This document shows positions 9,184 through 19,515 of a DNA stretch of 64,000 nt, in pieces. The first letter of the stretch is position 1; every line of letters starts with the position of its first letter. A program made the translations under genes and the position numbers. The notes beneath the pieces are model-generated. The model saw only the letters and a program-made list of their open reading frames with translations, was not told the DNA's origin and searched no databases. The DNA lies in IMG/VR virus record IMGVR_UViG_3300014204_000145, positions 26,834 to 90,833 of that record, one strand, 5' to 3'. This stretch comes from a virus. Its lineage: Duplodnaviria; Caudoviricetes.

Positions 9184-9574
9184 AATTTTTCAATTTTCTT
9201 AGTAAATATTTTGAATTCTTAGACTTACCTAATAGGTTTGTACCTTTAAATAAGTAGTATATAGCATCTTTTACATACATCTTATATAAACCATGTTTTT
9301 CAAAAAGGTTTATTTGATATCTGTACATTCCTCTTCTAACTATTATAGGAGTTCCAAGTTTAATGTTTAACTCTAAACCTAACATAGCAAAATCAAAAGA
9401 TATCATACCATATTGACCTGTATAACATACAATTCTTCTCTCTGAAGATTTGACATAACTTAAACTAACTAAGAATTCTTCAAGGTCTTTTTTAGTTAAT
9501 TTTTTATATTTAACTATCTTATGTTTACCTATTTCCATAAATTCTAATTGTTTTCCAATATCTATCAAAGCCAT
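9161..9574 (-). CDS. Hypothetical protein
   Basis: 137-aa ORF in operon; real start may be a downstream ATG. Confidence 0.55.
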   Translation of the reverse strand: MALIDIGKQLEFMEIGKHKIVKYKKLTKKDLEEFLVSLSYVKSSERRIVCYTGQYGMISFDFAMLGLELNIKLGTPIIVRRGMYRYQINLFEKHGLYKMYVKDAIYYLFKGTNLLGKSKNSKYLLRKLKNYENKNTF

Positions 9575-9725
9575 CCATACTTGAATACTCTATAATATAT
9601 CTCTGTTGTACGTAATAAAATTCTAACCAAATAATAACATTGTTACCAATATTTGTAGGAAATAGTGCAAAACGTCTTTTAAGTCTTGTATCACCCTCTT
9701 TAGGGCTCCTATCTAACCATTTCAT
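9525..9725 (-). CDS. Hypothetical small protein
   Basis: 66-aa ORF, TAATG overlap with upstream gene. Confidence 0.55.
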   Translation of the reverse strand: MKWLDRSPKEGDTRLKRRFALFPTNIGNNVIIWLEFYYVQQRYIIEYSSMDGFDRYWKTIRIYGNR

Positions 9726-9949
9726 TAATCTTGCATTGTTAAAACTTCAATTAAATTATCTAATCTTTCAATAGTATTAAACATACCTAGAGGTATTTCA
9801 TCTCCATTAAATCCACAAAGACTTACGTCACCTGTAGAGTATACTACAAGTTGTAGTCCTTCGTACAATTCTTTAGTATGTATATCACATACATCTAAAT
9901 TGATAGTACTAAAATTTCTATCTTTTAATAAATCTTTTGTTATTTGCAT
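9725..9949 (-). CDS. Hypothetical small protein
   Basis: 74-aa ORF in operon. Confidence 0.55.
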   Translation of the reverse strand: MQITKDLLKDRNFSTINLDVCDIHTKELYEGLQLVVYSTGDVSLCGFNGDEIPLGMFNTIERLDNLIEVLTMQD

Positions 9950-10395
9950 GGTATTAGTTTTAAAGCGTTAAATAAAGCTAGTTCAAGAGCATCTTCATAA
10001 GACTTTTTACAAGATATACTACACGCAGCTCCAGTTGTTTTAAAATTATTGTCTGTAACATAAATATTACAATCCCAAAGATTTTTTACACCTGAACATG
10101 GATAAATTTGGAAATGAAATTTTCTTCCTTGTTTTTCTCTTAACCACTTTTGTAAAACAGATTGTGTTGGAGCAGTACAAACAAAGTCAGGTTCAAATAT
10201 TTCTTCTGGATACAATTTTGCTCTTGTTTCTTTTGTTCGTGTATTTCTAGTAAATATCTCAGAATTACTTGCAGTAAATTGCCACCAATGATAATGAAAA
10301 TCTCTTAACTCTTTTTCTGGACTAAAACCTTCTGTACAATCTTCGTCAAACCCTTTTTCTTTAGCTAATAGTGCTGTTTTATACGATACATTCAT
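9940..10395 (-). CDS. Hypothetical protein, paralogue of 23797-24156
   Basis: Shared A-x-L-x-KEKGFD and APT motifs. Confidence 0.65.
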   Translation of the reverse strand: MNVSYKTALLAKEKGFDEDCTEGFSPEKELRDFHYHWWQFTASNSEIFTRNTRTKETRAKLYPEEIFEPDFVCTAPTQSVLQKWLREKQGRKFHFQIYPCSGVKNLWDCNIYVTDNNFKTTGAACSISCKKSYEDALELALFNALKLIPCK

Positions 10396-10396
10396 A

Positions 10397-10666
10397 TCAA
10401 TCTATTATTAAATATTTATATTGTAAGAATAATACCCCATTTAAGAAATTACTTAAAATAAGCCCTTCTGAGCTATTAGGAATATTAACTTGTTTAGTTA
10501 GGTCTATTATAATTAAACCTTGTTTATTTCGCTTAAAATTGACTTCAAAAGCCTTAAGAACATTAACACCTTCAAAGATGCTATCCAATTTCTCTTTGCA
10601 GAGATAAAGGATAGTTCTTTGAGATTGTTCTTCTTGTTGTTTTAAATAATCATTAATACTTATCAT
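10397..10666 (-). CDS. Hypothetical protein
   Basis: 89-aa ORF in operon. Confidence 0.5.
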   Translation of the reverse strand: MISINDYLKQQEEQSQRTILYLCKEKLDSIFEGVNVLKAFEVNFKRNKQGLIIIDLTKQVNIPNSSEGLILSNFLNGVLFLQYKYLIID

Positions 10667-10965
10667 AAGACATCTTTATAAGTTTTAAAACATTTACAAC
10701 AATAATTCTTTTCTTCTATAAGATAAGATTTATTACTTCTTTTACCACACCAAAAGCATTTATGAGGCCTAATAGTTAAACCTAAATTTTCAGATTCTTT
10801 ATCCCAAAAATCTATTAATCCTTGAATATGTTCTCTAATAGCAAAATGAAAATTTCTTTCCGTAGTTGTTAAATGTGGGTCATTATAAGGACTAAAAATT
10901 GCTATAGCCCCCATCAATCTTCTTTTATGATAGTTTCTTTTCTGTGCTAAAGTCTGTTTATTCAT
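10663..10965 (-). CDS. Hypothetical protein with C-terminal zinc ribbon
   Basis: CFWC...CCKC. Confidence 0.6.
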   Translation of the reverse strand: MNKQTLAQKRNYHKRRLMGAIAIFSPYNDPHLTTTERNFHFAIREHIQGLIDFWDKESENLGLTIRPHKCFWCGKRSNKSYLIEEKNYCCKCFKTYKDVL

Positions 10966-11019
10966 AATAATAATTTTAAGAATTATAACCTTCTACTTCT
11001 TCCCATTTATAATATCTAA

Positions 11020-11259
11020 TCATATACACTGTAATATTTGTTCGTAGTAAAAATCATACCAATAGTTAAACCTATCTTGGATTTCTTCTGTATAAGTTAG
11101 TTCTGTTGCTTCTATATCTAGAAACATATCGTCTTCATTATTACAAATATCTCCGCTTTCATAAAGAGTTCTTGTATGAGCTAAATTACTTGTGATTTCT
11201 ACTAGATTGATTTCTGTATCCACTATTTCAGATATTTTTCTTCCATTTGTTTCATCCAA
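11020..11259 (-). CDS. Hypothetical acidic protein
   Basis: 79-aa ORF. Confidence 0.55.
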   Translation of the reverse strand: MDETNGRKISEIVDTEINLVEITSNLAHTRTLYESGDICNNEDDMFLDIEATELTYTEEIQDRFNYWYDFYYEQILQCI

Positions 11260-11633
11260 TTTTCTACATCAAAACTTGCATCCATTTGAGATAAAATCAA
11301 ATCATTTTTAATATCTCTTATGTTAGGCATATGAGGCAATCTACTAACTTCTTCATTGATAAATTTGCTTGTTTGTCTTTCAACAGCATCATCACCACTA
11401 TAAAGATATGTATAGATATCTTCTCTTTTACATAAAACTTTTAATTGAGTATCTAATTCTTCTTCTTGTTTTCTTAATGCAAGATATTTTGTATTCAATT
11501 CTAAAATTTTCTTTTGTGCAGCATTAGGTTTAAAATTTTCACGTACTTTCTTTTCTCTGTCAGCACTGAACTCTTTCATCCTTTGCTCAAACTTATATAG
11601 TAGAGCATTTATTTGGTCTTTTGTAATTTTCAT
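11223..11633 (-). CDS. Hypothetical coiled-coil protein
   Basis: 136-aa helical ORF. Confidence 0.6.
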   Translation of the reverse strand: MKITKDQINALLYKFEQRMKEFSADREKKVRENFKPNAAQKKILELNTKYLALRKQEEELDTQLKVLCKREDIYTYLYSGDDAVERQTSKFINEEVSRLPHMPNIRDIKNDLILSQMDASFDVENWMKQMEEKYLK

Positions 11634-12406
11634 AATATATTGTATTTAATTAATAATTGTTTTACTTTTTCTATAAGTTCTTCTTTAGAACCTGTATTTT
11701 CTATAATTTCATCAAATTGATAATTATCTAAAGCTGTCTCCGATTCATGAAGTGAACCTAAATCTAATGGTGATTTAAAGAGTCTATTTATTCTAATAGT
11801 TATCCCACCTCTACTTTTAATTGCATCAGCTTCATTGATAAATCTCATATCAGATAATACCCAATCATCTCCTTCTTCGTAATTAGCAAATCTAGCTAAG
11901 CACCAAATTTGAGGATGTGTCAAATCTCTAAATAAATCGGTTCCAACGATTTGCAAAAATTGGCGATACGTCATGTGAAACTTATCTACAGTAGGGTAAT
12001 AAACTTCTTCTAAAGAATCTACATATTCTTGAGCTTCTTTTGTTGACAGAAATAGTTTATTAAAGAGTCCAAATTCTGTTGCATAATTTAATTTATAACA
12101 ACTAAAAGGTACTAGAGTTTTCTTAAACTCTTGGTCTTCTAATTGCTTCATAGTACAACCTGTTATGATACATACTATTTTCTTTAAGGGTTCTGCAAAC
12201 TTCTTATTCTTCCATTCTGAAAACATTGTTAAATGCTTATCTTTTTGAAAATCTTCAAAAGACATATTAGACCAATAACCATCTTTATCTATAGCAGGGT
12301 CGATGTTTTTTAATTGTGTTAAATATTGTATAATGCTGGTTACTAGGTCTTTACCCGAACCAGCTCTACCGTTTATTCCAATTAGGTGTATTTTATTCTT
12401 TTCCAT
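11630..12406 (-). CDS. Deoxynucleoside monophosphate (dNMP) kinase
   Basis: P-loop GRAGSGKD, RQFLQIVGTD, DMRFINE, HESE: T4 gp1/T5-like dNMP kinase pattern. Confidence 0.85.
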   Translation of the reverse strand: MEKNKIHLIGINGRAGSGKDLVTSIIQYLTQLKNIDPAIDKDGYWSNMSFEDFQKDKHLTMFSEWKNKKFAEPLKKIVCIITGCTMKQLEDQEFKKTLVPFSCYKLNYATEFGLFNKLFLSTKEAQEYVDSLEEVYYPTVDKFHMTYRQFLQIVGTDLFRDLTHPQIWCLARFANYEEGDDWVLSDMRFINEADAIKSRGGITIRINRLFKSPLDLGSLHESETALDNYQFDEIIENTGSKEELIEKVKQLLIKYNIL

Positions 12407-12410
12407 AAAT

Positions 12411-12683
12411 TTATATATTTACTTCTCTAATTTCTTTACTTGCGATTGTTCTTGAAGATATTTGTGCAGTATTTCTACTTTTAGTAACTTCTATTTTATA
12501 ATTAAGCAGAGATAACTCTCTTAATTTCATTAGACAAGGATTTGCCCAATCTATAGTTTTTTCAAACTCTTCTTTTTGTTGATTTAATTCTTTTAACTTA
12601 AAATCTATTGCTCTTAAGTTCTGTTTACTGCGACCTACTCTTTTACAAAAGTGTGCATCGTGTTGTTCTAATTTTTTCTTCAT
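12411..12683 (-). CDS. Hypothetical basic protein
   Basis: 90-aa ORF. Confidence 0.5.
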   Translation of the reverse strand: MKKKLEQHDAHFCKRVGRSKQNLRAIDFKLKELNQQKEEFEKTIDWANPCLMKLRELSLLNYKIEVTKSRNTAQISSRTIASKEIREVNI

Positions 12684-12705
12684 GTTACTTATTTATAAGG
12701 TTTAA

Positions 12706-12738
12706 TAAAAAGGGTAGAAGGACTTAACCTTCTACCCT
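12706..12738 (-). terminator. Intrinsic terminator
   Basis: AGGGTAGAAGG/CCTTCTACCCT stem followed by a T-run on the minus strand, just after 12760-13167. Confidence 0.8.
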
Positions 12739-12759
12739 GATTTTATAAATAAGCTTGTA

Positions 12760-13167
12760 TTATTTTTCTTCTTCTACTACAATAGCTAAAGTACCAAATA
12801 CACCTAATAATTTTTTAAGGGTATCTACTTCTTCTTTTAAGCCATCAATTTCTGCTTGAGTTTCTGCTGCAGCATCTTCAATATCAATTAAGGTATTTAG
12901 AGCATCTTGTACGTATGTTTCAGCATAAGCTTTACGTTCACCTGATGATTTAATAGCTTCCATATCAATTTGTACTAAAGAATCTTGGAAATCGAACATT
13001 GATTCTTCTTGAGTTTCTTTTAAAGAAGCTTTTAATTCAGCTATCTTTTTAGTTTTTAACTCGATTTGTTCTTGTACAATTTTTTCAGCATTGTCTGCGA
13101 ATAATGATACACTACGTTCGTTTGAACCTTTACGGAAATTTTGAATTTGTTTTGCTAAATTTTTCAT
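12760..13167 (-). CDS. Helical/coiled-coil protein, likely paralogue of 19050-19493
   Basis: All-helical sequence; same position downstream of a modular protein. Confidence 0.65.
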   Translation of the reverse strand: MKNLAKQIQNFRKGSNERSVSLFADNAEKIVQEQIELKTKKIAELKASLKETQEESMFDFQDSLVQIDMEAIKSSGERKAYAETYVQDALNTLIDIEDAAAETQAEIDGLKEEVDTLKKLLGVFGTLAIVVEEEK

Positions 13168-13260
13168 AAAATATAAAATTTAATTGTTAATAAATAAAAA
13201 TGATTCTTGTTAATAAATAAAATGTTAATAATAAATTTAAAGGTTGTAAAGATAATAAAA

Positions 13261-16200
13261 TTATTTAATCTTCCAATCTTTTTGTTCTTGTGTGAAATTA
13301 AATCTTTTCTTAGTAGATTTAACTTCTTTTACAGTAGGTTTAGGTACTGTAATAGTAGGAGCTACAACAGATTCCCAAGGAATTTGTGTCTCAACTCTAG
13401 GTTTTTGTGTAATAGGTTGTGGTAGTTCTGCCCATGTTATCTGAGAACTTTTCTTAGAATATATAGAGCAAGGGCCTCCATATTGTAAAAATAATCTTTT
13501 CTCATCATAAGTAGCCATTCTGAAGTTAGAGAAATTATCTCCTGTCTCTCCATCAGAAAATCCTACTTTCTTACCATTAGTATTTGTAATAAAACCACCT
13601 TCTTCTAAATTGGTATGATTAGTTTTATAAACAAAATCTTCAAATATAGTAGTACCTTCATTAGTAATACATACAACATAATTATCATCATATTCATCTA
13701 AATCGTCCCACCAATTTTTAGTTGTTGATTTAGAAGGTTTAGCTTTACCTAAATCTTTAAACCAAGCAGGCTCTGGAACTTCTGTGTAATAAGAACACTC
13801 GCACCACGAACTGTCTGTATAACTGTGTTTTTCAAAAGTACCTGCGTAATCAAAAGGAAAACTTCCTCTTCCTGTTGATAATCTAGCAACACTATTTGTA
13901 GACCATCCCGAACTTGTATACCACTTACCTACTTTACAATCTTCTAATCTTAATTGTTTAGTTTTCACTTTTTCTACTTTTTTAAATTTTTCATGATACT
14001 TTTCAAAATGTAAAACATACCCACCTTTACAAAGAGCAACTACAAAACCATTAAATTTTTCAAAAGATTCAATAGTAAGTTGTTCACCTATTTTCAAATA
14101 CGATTTTGTATGCTTAGGATGAACAGTTTCATTACCACCTGTATCAAGGGTTTCCACTATATCTCCAATATTAAAACCTTTACAAGTAGTAATTGTAGCT
14201 ACTTTTTCAACAATTTTAGGTATAGGTACATAATCTTGAGGAATTAAAACAAAGTTTGTAATACTATCATAAGGGTCTTTAATACTTGTAGCATAACCTC
14301 TTCCGTACTCAGGAAACTTTTTAGAATTATGGTGTTCACAACGTAACGATGTAGACTTATTCCACAAAGTTGCATAACTTTCTTCTATTTCTAAAACACC
14401 ACTTACATTTTCTGTATAAATAGTAGCTGTATAAGCATCACCTGTTTTAGCTCTACTAAGCATATCAGATAAAGATTCTGTACTTTTAGTAGATTTTTCT
14501 ACAACAGTCTTACTTTTACAAATATCTATTTCATCTGCTGTAGCATATCTTAATTTAGCTTCACAAGTTCCTGTAACTCTTCTAACGCCTTCTTTTGTGT
14601 ACCATTGGCAGTAAGCTTTATTATAATCTGTTATTCTTAAAACTTCACCGATAGCCAGTTCAGAAGTTGAGTCATATACCCAATCTCCAATTTTGAAATC
14701 TTTTTGTTCCATTTCTTTCATAGTAGTATCAGGTTGAGGTTCAGAAGTTAAATTAAAGAAGAAACCTGTTTTAGCCTTAGTATGAAAAGCACAGTCAGAG
14801 CATAATAAACCAGTACAACCTAAGTCAGAGAGAAAACCTAATTGTCCTATACATCCGCTAAGACTTTCTCTAGGTATTTTTTCATACCAAGTTTCTAATT
14901 CTTGTTTAGATATATTTCTTTTATCTAAAATAAGTTGAGGGTTATTTTTTTCTTGAGCTACCCTAAGAAGCACATTTTCGTCTATTGTTTCCATTGCTTG
15001 TTTAGGAGTACTTTTTCTATAAGCTTTTCCAAATTCACTATCTAAGAATTCTTGAGTACAATCAAAGTAATTGTTAGGCAATCCATCAGGGCTTTCGTGT
15101 ATACCATTATCATCTCCAATATAGTAATATTGATTATCATACCCTTCATATTGGTCAAAGCCCTCTGCTCCTTTATAGCCAAGAAATCTCATTAAATCCT
15201 TTCCACAACCATCAATTGTTCTAGGATTCATAGCTCCTTTATAAATTTCTGTTTTCATAAGTTTTATATCTTTTAACATAACTGCTTTACCTGCTTTTTC
15301 ATAAACTTCTATTTCTTCTTGAGTAGCTAGTCTTAACTTAAGTTTATTACAAGTATTTGATAATTCTCCAGCTTCCCAACCGTTTTTTATCCCTCTTATA
15401 TCTTTATAAAACTTCATGTATTTCTTAGAACTGTTTTCTTTTAGTTTGTAGACAGCATCTTGAGGTATAGAATTAAACCATTGATTTGTACCATTAGGAG
15501 AACTTAGCATAACTACATAAGAGTCTTTAGGAAATACACAATCATCAATTTGAGGTTTAGATTGTTCTTCAGGTTTAGAAACTATTTCAGCCCATTTTCC
15601 TTCTTTATAGATAACTGCTGAATTTATTTCTTTTACAAAAACATTAATTTTATTTTGTCTTATGTCTGAAAACTTTTCACAAACAGCTTTTATATTAAAA
15701 AACATTGTTCTATTCTCAAGAGTACTTACAGAGGTGAAAACAGTACCATTAGTATATCTACTTTTAATTTCGATTTCAAAAAGTTCATAGATAGGTTTAA
15801 AATCTGTTACTTCTATCCAATCAATAGCTTCACAGAATAAACCTGTTCTGAAATTACCGTCTACAAATCCAGTATTATTATTGTCTTTAGCTTTATAAAT
15901 ATATTGGCTTTTACTTTTATTTACATACCAAGTATCTAATTTTAGTTCAATAGATTTATCTTCTTTTACTTCAGCTTTATAATCTCTTATAGCATCTACA
16001 AATTTAGTAAGGTCTTCTAAGGTTTTGCACATAGGGAAATCTCCGTCTCCACGGTATCCTAATACTTCTTCTTGAAAATCTGTTTTACTAGTACTAATTT
16101 TTGCTTTAGTAAAACAAGCAGAATTATTGTTAGTAGGAGATTGTAAATAATACTCACCCACAGCTATATCAACTATATACTTTGTACCGTATAAATTAAC

Positions 16201-16497
16201 CTTATCTCCTAATTTCAAAATATCCGTTTTAGAAATTTTCTCTCCAAAAGATAGGATTTCATTTACTGTGGTTTCTTTTTGGTCAGAGTCTATACCAAGA
16301 CACCAAGTATTAAAGTACTTACTCTCATCGTTTGCACCTTTAAGTATATTATGAGAGCCTTTAAAAACCTTATATTCTGATTCAAGTGTACCTCCAATAG
16401 AACTCCAACCGAATTCGTATAGTTTACTCCAAATTTTACTGAATATATCGAAAGTTATACTCTCGTCATATTTTAAATATTTTCCTGTTAATGGCAT
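13261..16497 (-). CDS. 1078-aa mosaic protein of short repeated modules
   Basis: Recurrent F/C-K-I/V-G-D/K-W starts and R-x-A-T-x-D/E-E ends. Confidence 0.7.
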   Translation of the reverse strand: MPLTGKYLKYDESITFDIFSKIWSKLYEFGWSSIGGTLESEYKVFKGSHNILKGANDESKYFNTWCLGIDSDQKETTVNEILSFGEKISKTDILKLGDKVNLYGTKYIVDIAVGEYYLQSPTNNNSACFTKAKISTSKTDFQEEVLGYRGDGDFPMCKTLEDLTKFVDAIRDYKAEVKEDKSIELKLDTWYVNKSKSQYIYKAKDNNNTGFVDGNFRTGLFCEAIDWIEVTDFKPIYELFEIEIKSRYTNGTVFTSVSTLENRTMFFNIKAVCEKFSDIRQNKINVFVKEINSAVIYKEGKWAEIVSKPEEQSKPQIDDCVFPKDSYVVMLSSPNGTNQWFNSIPQDAVYKLKENSSKKYMKFYKDIRGIKNGWEAGELSNTCNKLKLRLATQEEIEVYEKAGKAVMLKDIKLMKTEIYKGAMNPRTIDGCGKDLMRFLGYKGAEGFDQYEGYDNQYYYIGDDNGIHESPDGLPNNYFDCTQEFLDSEFGKAYRKSTPKQAMETIDENVLLRVAQEKNNPQLILDKRNISKQELETWYEKIPRESLSGCIGQLGFLSDLGCTGLLCSDCAFHTKAKTGFFFNLTSEPQPDTTMKEMEQKDFKIGDWVYDSTSELAIGEVLRITDYNKAYCQWYTKEGVRRVTGTCEAKLRYATADEIDICKSKTVVEKSTKSTESLSDMLSRAKTGDAYTATIYTENVSGVLEIEESYATLWNKSTSLRCEHHNSKKFPEYGRGYATSIKDPYDSITNFVLIPQDYVPIPKIVEKVATITTCKGFNIGDIVETLDTGGNETVHPKHTKSYLKIGEQLTIESFEKFNGFVVALCKGGYVLHFEKYHEKFKKVEKVKTKQLRLEDCKVGKWYTSSGWSTNSVARLSTGRGSFPFDYAGTFEKHSYTDSSWCECSYYTEVPEPAWFKDLGKAKPSKSTTKNWWDDLDEYDDNYVVCITNEGTTIFEDFVYKTNHTNLEEGGFITNTNGKKVGFSDGETGDNFSNFRMATYDEKRLFLQYGGPCSIYSKKSSQITWAELPQPITQKPRVETQIPWESVVAPTITVPKPTVKEVKSTKKRFNFTQEQKDWKIK

Positions 16498-16501
16498 AAT
16501 T

Positions 16502-16972
16502 TTAATTTTTAATTATTAATGGTATTGGTTCATTAAAATCCAACGTATCTTCTATTGGAACTAAGAAATCTATTCTATTCTTATACCTTTCATTCATCTT
16601 ATCTTTTACTACCCACTTTCCATTTAAATTAGGATTAGCTGATAATATATTAATAGTATCATTGAAATTATAAAAATCAAATAAATCTCTTGATAAAGCT
16701 ACATATCGTAACTCATAATTATTAAGCTTTACTGCATCTATTTTAGTACCATCTGCAGTATTATTTTTAGTTAAGTGATACTTAGTACCAATTAAATAAG
16801 TATGTTCTATAGACTCAAGAGAATCTATTTCTAGTAGACACTCAAAGATTTGGTCTTTAAGTGATAGGTTTGTTTCTTTTAACTTTGTATTACTTTTATA
16901 TTGTTCTGCCATTGTAATAAATGAGAATAAAAAGTATATAGCACATACATAAGTTGAAATTGCTGTTTTCAT
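16502..16972 (-). CDS. 3D (Asp-Asp-Asp)/RlpA-like domain protein with N-terminal membrane anchor
   Basis: TADG...VALSRDL...WVVKDKMN...RIDFL. Confidence 0.7.
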   Translation of the reverse strand: MKTAISTYVCAIYFLFSFITMAEQYKSNTKLKETNLSLKDQIFECLLEIDSLESIEHTYLIGTKYHLTKNNTADGTKIDAVKLNNYELRYVALSRDLFDFYNFNDTINILSANPNLNGKWVVKDKMNERYKNRIDFLVPIEDTLDFNEPIPLIIKN

Positions 16973-17393
16973 AAATAAAGTTTTAAAAACTAGTACTATG
17001 TGTATTTCCTCTTAAAAAAGACAAGGCATTATCTTTTAATTAGCCACAGTGCTAGTATATTATTAAATAAATTTTAAATTTGTAGCTATAATTAATGCTC
17101 CTAGTATAGCACCTACTATAAAAGCAATACCTAGGATAATAGCACCATATAATTCTATCTTAAATCTTACTGAATCTAATTCAGGTAGTATTTTATTGTT
17201 TCTTTTCATGCATTGTCAAATATAAAGTTTTCATTAAGTCCTCATTTAATGTTAATAGTTGTTCTATAGACATATGAGCTACTATTTCATAGTCTTCATG
17301 TCCAAAAGAGTCATGATACTTAAATAAAGTATCCATAAGTTTAATTCTAATATCTTGTTCATTCATATTGGTTAAATATTAATTTGTTAATAG

Positions 17394-17474
17394 AACCCTC
17401 TGCAGGACTCGAACCTACATCTCCCACATGTTGTGGTACTCTAGCCAAAGTTGTTAAACTTGAGTTAAGAGGGT
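17394..17474 (-). tRNA. tRNA-like gene with collapsed anticodon loop (identity undetermined)
   Basis: Acceptor ACCCTCT/AGAGGGT, T-arm GTAGG-TTCGAGT-CCTGC; anticodon arm CCACA-ACA-TGTGG (3-nt loop); enlarged D-loop. Confidence 0.7.
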
Positions 17475-17497
17475 AATTGTTTTTATTTTTTAGCTAA

Positions 17498-17538
17498 TAA
17501 AAAAGCTCCTTGAATGTTTTAACTTAGACAAGGAGCTT
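17498..17538 (-). terminator. Intrinsic terminator
   Basis: AAGCTCCTTG/CAAGGAGCTT stem followed by a T-run on the minus strand. Confidence 0.7.
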
Positions 17539-17702
17539 CCAACTAATATTAACCAAAACTATATTTTAATTGAGAATTTTATATTTTCTCACTTTTCTAC
17601 CATAAAATAGTAAACATTTACCTTCTTTAGTAGTTTCTACAGAAGGCCTAAATATTTGTATTAATATTAAAAATATTATTAATACAACAAATAATGCTTC
17701 CA

Positions 17703-18203
17703 TTATAACTCTATTGTTTGAGTCTTAGTACAAGTTACAGTATAACCTCTTCTACGAAGTTCTGTAACTAATTCTTCTGAAGATATAAAATCTACAGCTT
17801 TAGATACCTTTTCTTTATGGTCTTCTATAAGACTTTCTAATATCTTTTTAGAAGGTTCTAAGATAGTAGGTATCCTTTTAGTATACTTTCTCTTAGGTAT
17901 AATAACAGGGGCTTTCACAATAATCGGCTCAGGGTTTTCAATACCCATTCTATTTGCTACCCACGCTTTAAAATCTTTTATTAAAGCTTCTCTGTCTCCT
18001 ACATATACAGCTTGTATCTTATTTCCTTTGTCATCTGCATAGCCTCTATCTTTAAGATAAGTAAAGATATAAGAACCATATAAAGGTCTCATAGAAGATA
18101 AAAGACTTCTTGGCATAAGTTTAAGATTACAATTGAAGTCTTTAAAAATCTCCATTAAAGCTTCTATTTTATTGTTCTTTTTTAATATTGATTCTTTGTT
18201 CAT
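17703..18203 (-). CDS. Hypothetical protein
   Basis: 166-aa ORF. Confidence 0.65.
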   Translation of the reverse strand: MNKESILKKNNKIEALMEIFKDFNCNLKLMPRSLLSSMRPLYGSYIFTYLKDRGYADDKGNKIQAVYVGDREALIKDFKAWVANRMGIENPEPIIVKAPVIIPKRKYTKRIPTILEPSKKILESLIEDHKEKVSKAVDFISSEELVTELRRRGYTVTCTKTQTIEL

Positions 18204-18207
18204 AATA

Positions 18208-18471
18208 TTATTTTTTAGTTAATTTTTTAATATTTCTATCTAAATATTGAAGTCTAGGTAACAAAGCACCCTCTTCATAAAAGTAACCTGTTTTCTTATC
18301 ATAACAAGCAGGTCTATTTTCTTGTAAATATCTTATAAGTTGAGTATACTCATCTACAGATATTTTATTCTTGGTTAAAAGATTAGTTGTTGCATAGCAC
18401 ATACCCCAACCTTCCATGTAAGCATTAAGATTTTCTTTTAATAGTATTAAAAGCTCTAAATCTGTTTTCAT
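18208..18471 (-). CDS. Hypothetical protein
   Basis: 87-aa ORF. Confidence 0.6.
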   Translation of the reverse strand: MKTDLELLILLKENLNAYMEGWGMCYATTNLLTKNKISVDEYTQLIRYLQENRPACYDKKTGYFYEEGALLPRLQYLDRNIKKLTKK

Positions 18472-18644
18472 AATAAATTTTATTGGTTAGGTTAATAAAA
18501 GCCTTTTACACTCATGCTTAGGAGTAGATTGTTATTCTAAATTTGATAATACAAAAAATAAGAAATCTTTAAGAATTTCATCATTAATTGGTTCAGATAC
18601 ACCCTTACCTTGAGAGTGTACTCTGATAATGCTATTTTCTAACA

Positions 18645-18929
18645 TTATCTTGCTAAGTAATGAAAAATTCTTTTAGGTGTTGGTAACAAATTTACTTTTG
18701 TTATTTCACCTTTCTTATTTCTTTCATAACTGTGTGTAATAACTTGAATAGCTCTTTCAAACTTACCCATTTTATTTATAGTTAAATTGATACCTTTAGA
18801 ATTCTTTCTAAATCTTTGAATAGGCTCTCTACGAGCTTTTCTATTAGGAAACTCGGATACATAACTTCTAATAATAGGATTAGTAACTTGACCTAATTCA
18901 TTCATTTGGATAACATAAGGTTGATTCAT
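18645..18929 (-). CDS. Hypothetical basic protein
   Basis: 94-aa R/K-rich ORF. Confidence 0.6.
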   Translation of the reverse strand: MNQPYVIQMNELGQVTNPIIRSYVSEFPNRKARREPIQRFRKNSKGINLTINKMGKFERAIQVITHSYERNKKGEITKVNLLPTPKRIFHYLAR

Positions 18930-18972
18930 AATTTTAAGTTTTTGATTTATTAATATTAATTTTAATTAGTTG

Positions 18973-19043
18973 AAGGGAGAATGGGACTCGAACCCACATA
19001 TACAACGCCATCATTGCATATTTTACCATTAAACTACCTCCCT
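18973..19043 (-). tRNA. tRNA-like gene with 8-nt anticodon loop (identity undetermined)
   Basis: Acceptor AGGGAGG/TCTCCCT, D-arm GTTT-AATGGTA-AAAT, anticodon arm TGCAA-TGATGGCG-TTGTA, T-arm GTGGG-TTCGAGT-CCCAT. Confidence 0.7.
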
Positions 19044-19049
19044 TTATTT

Positions 19050-19493
19050 TTAAGCTTCTACATCTGTAGATAGAACATTTAGCAAATCTTTATACATATC
19101 TGCTGCATCATTCATTGCTTTAATTTCATCATCTTTGATTTTACCTGCATCTTCAATCTGTTTTTCAAGAGATTTAACATTTGCTATTTTATTAGAAATA
19201 TTAGGTAAATAAGAAGAATCAATAAAGCTTTCTATAGCATCTGAAGTTTTGCAACTGTCTACATTAATAGTCATATAAGACTCTTTTAATGCTGTTTTAG
19301 CATCTTCAAGCTTATCTTGTAATTTTTCTACTGTGTTTTTAGTTGTAAATTCAATATTAGCTATTGCTTGTTCAGCATTTCTAATGTTGTTATTACACTC
19401 TTTTGTTGCTCTTACTAGAACTTTAGTAACTACAGATTTGTCATCTGTTTTTAAATACGCTAGACATTTGTCTAAGAAACTGATTTTTGCCAT
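19050..19493 (-). CDS. Helical/coiled-coil protein, likely paralogue of 12760-13167
   Basis: All-helical sequence; downstream of modular protein 19516-20937. Confidence 0.65.
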   Translation of the reverse strand: MAKISFLDKCLAYLKTDDKSVVTKVLVRATKECNNNIRNAEQAIANIEFTTKNTVEKLQDKLEDAKTALKESYMTINVDSCKTSDAIESFIDSSYLPNISNKIANVKSLEKQIEDAGKIKDDEIKAMNDAADMYKDLLNVLSTDVEA

Positions 19494-19515
19494 ACTATTG
19501 GTTTTAAATTAATTA

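Noticed and set aside
13170-13260. Repeated GTTAATAAATAAAA-like words
   Set aside because: Low-complexity AT-rich intergenic sequence typical of Bacteroidota translation-initiation regions.
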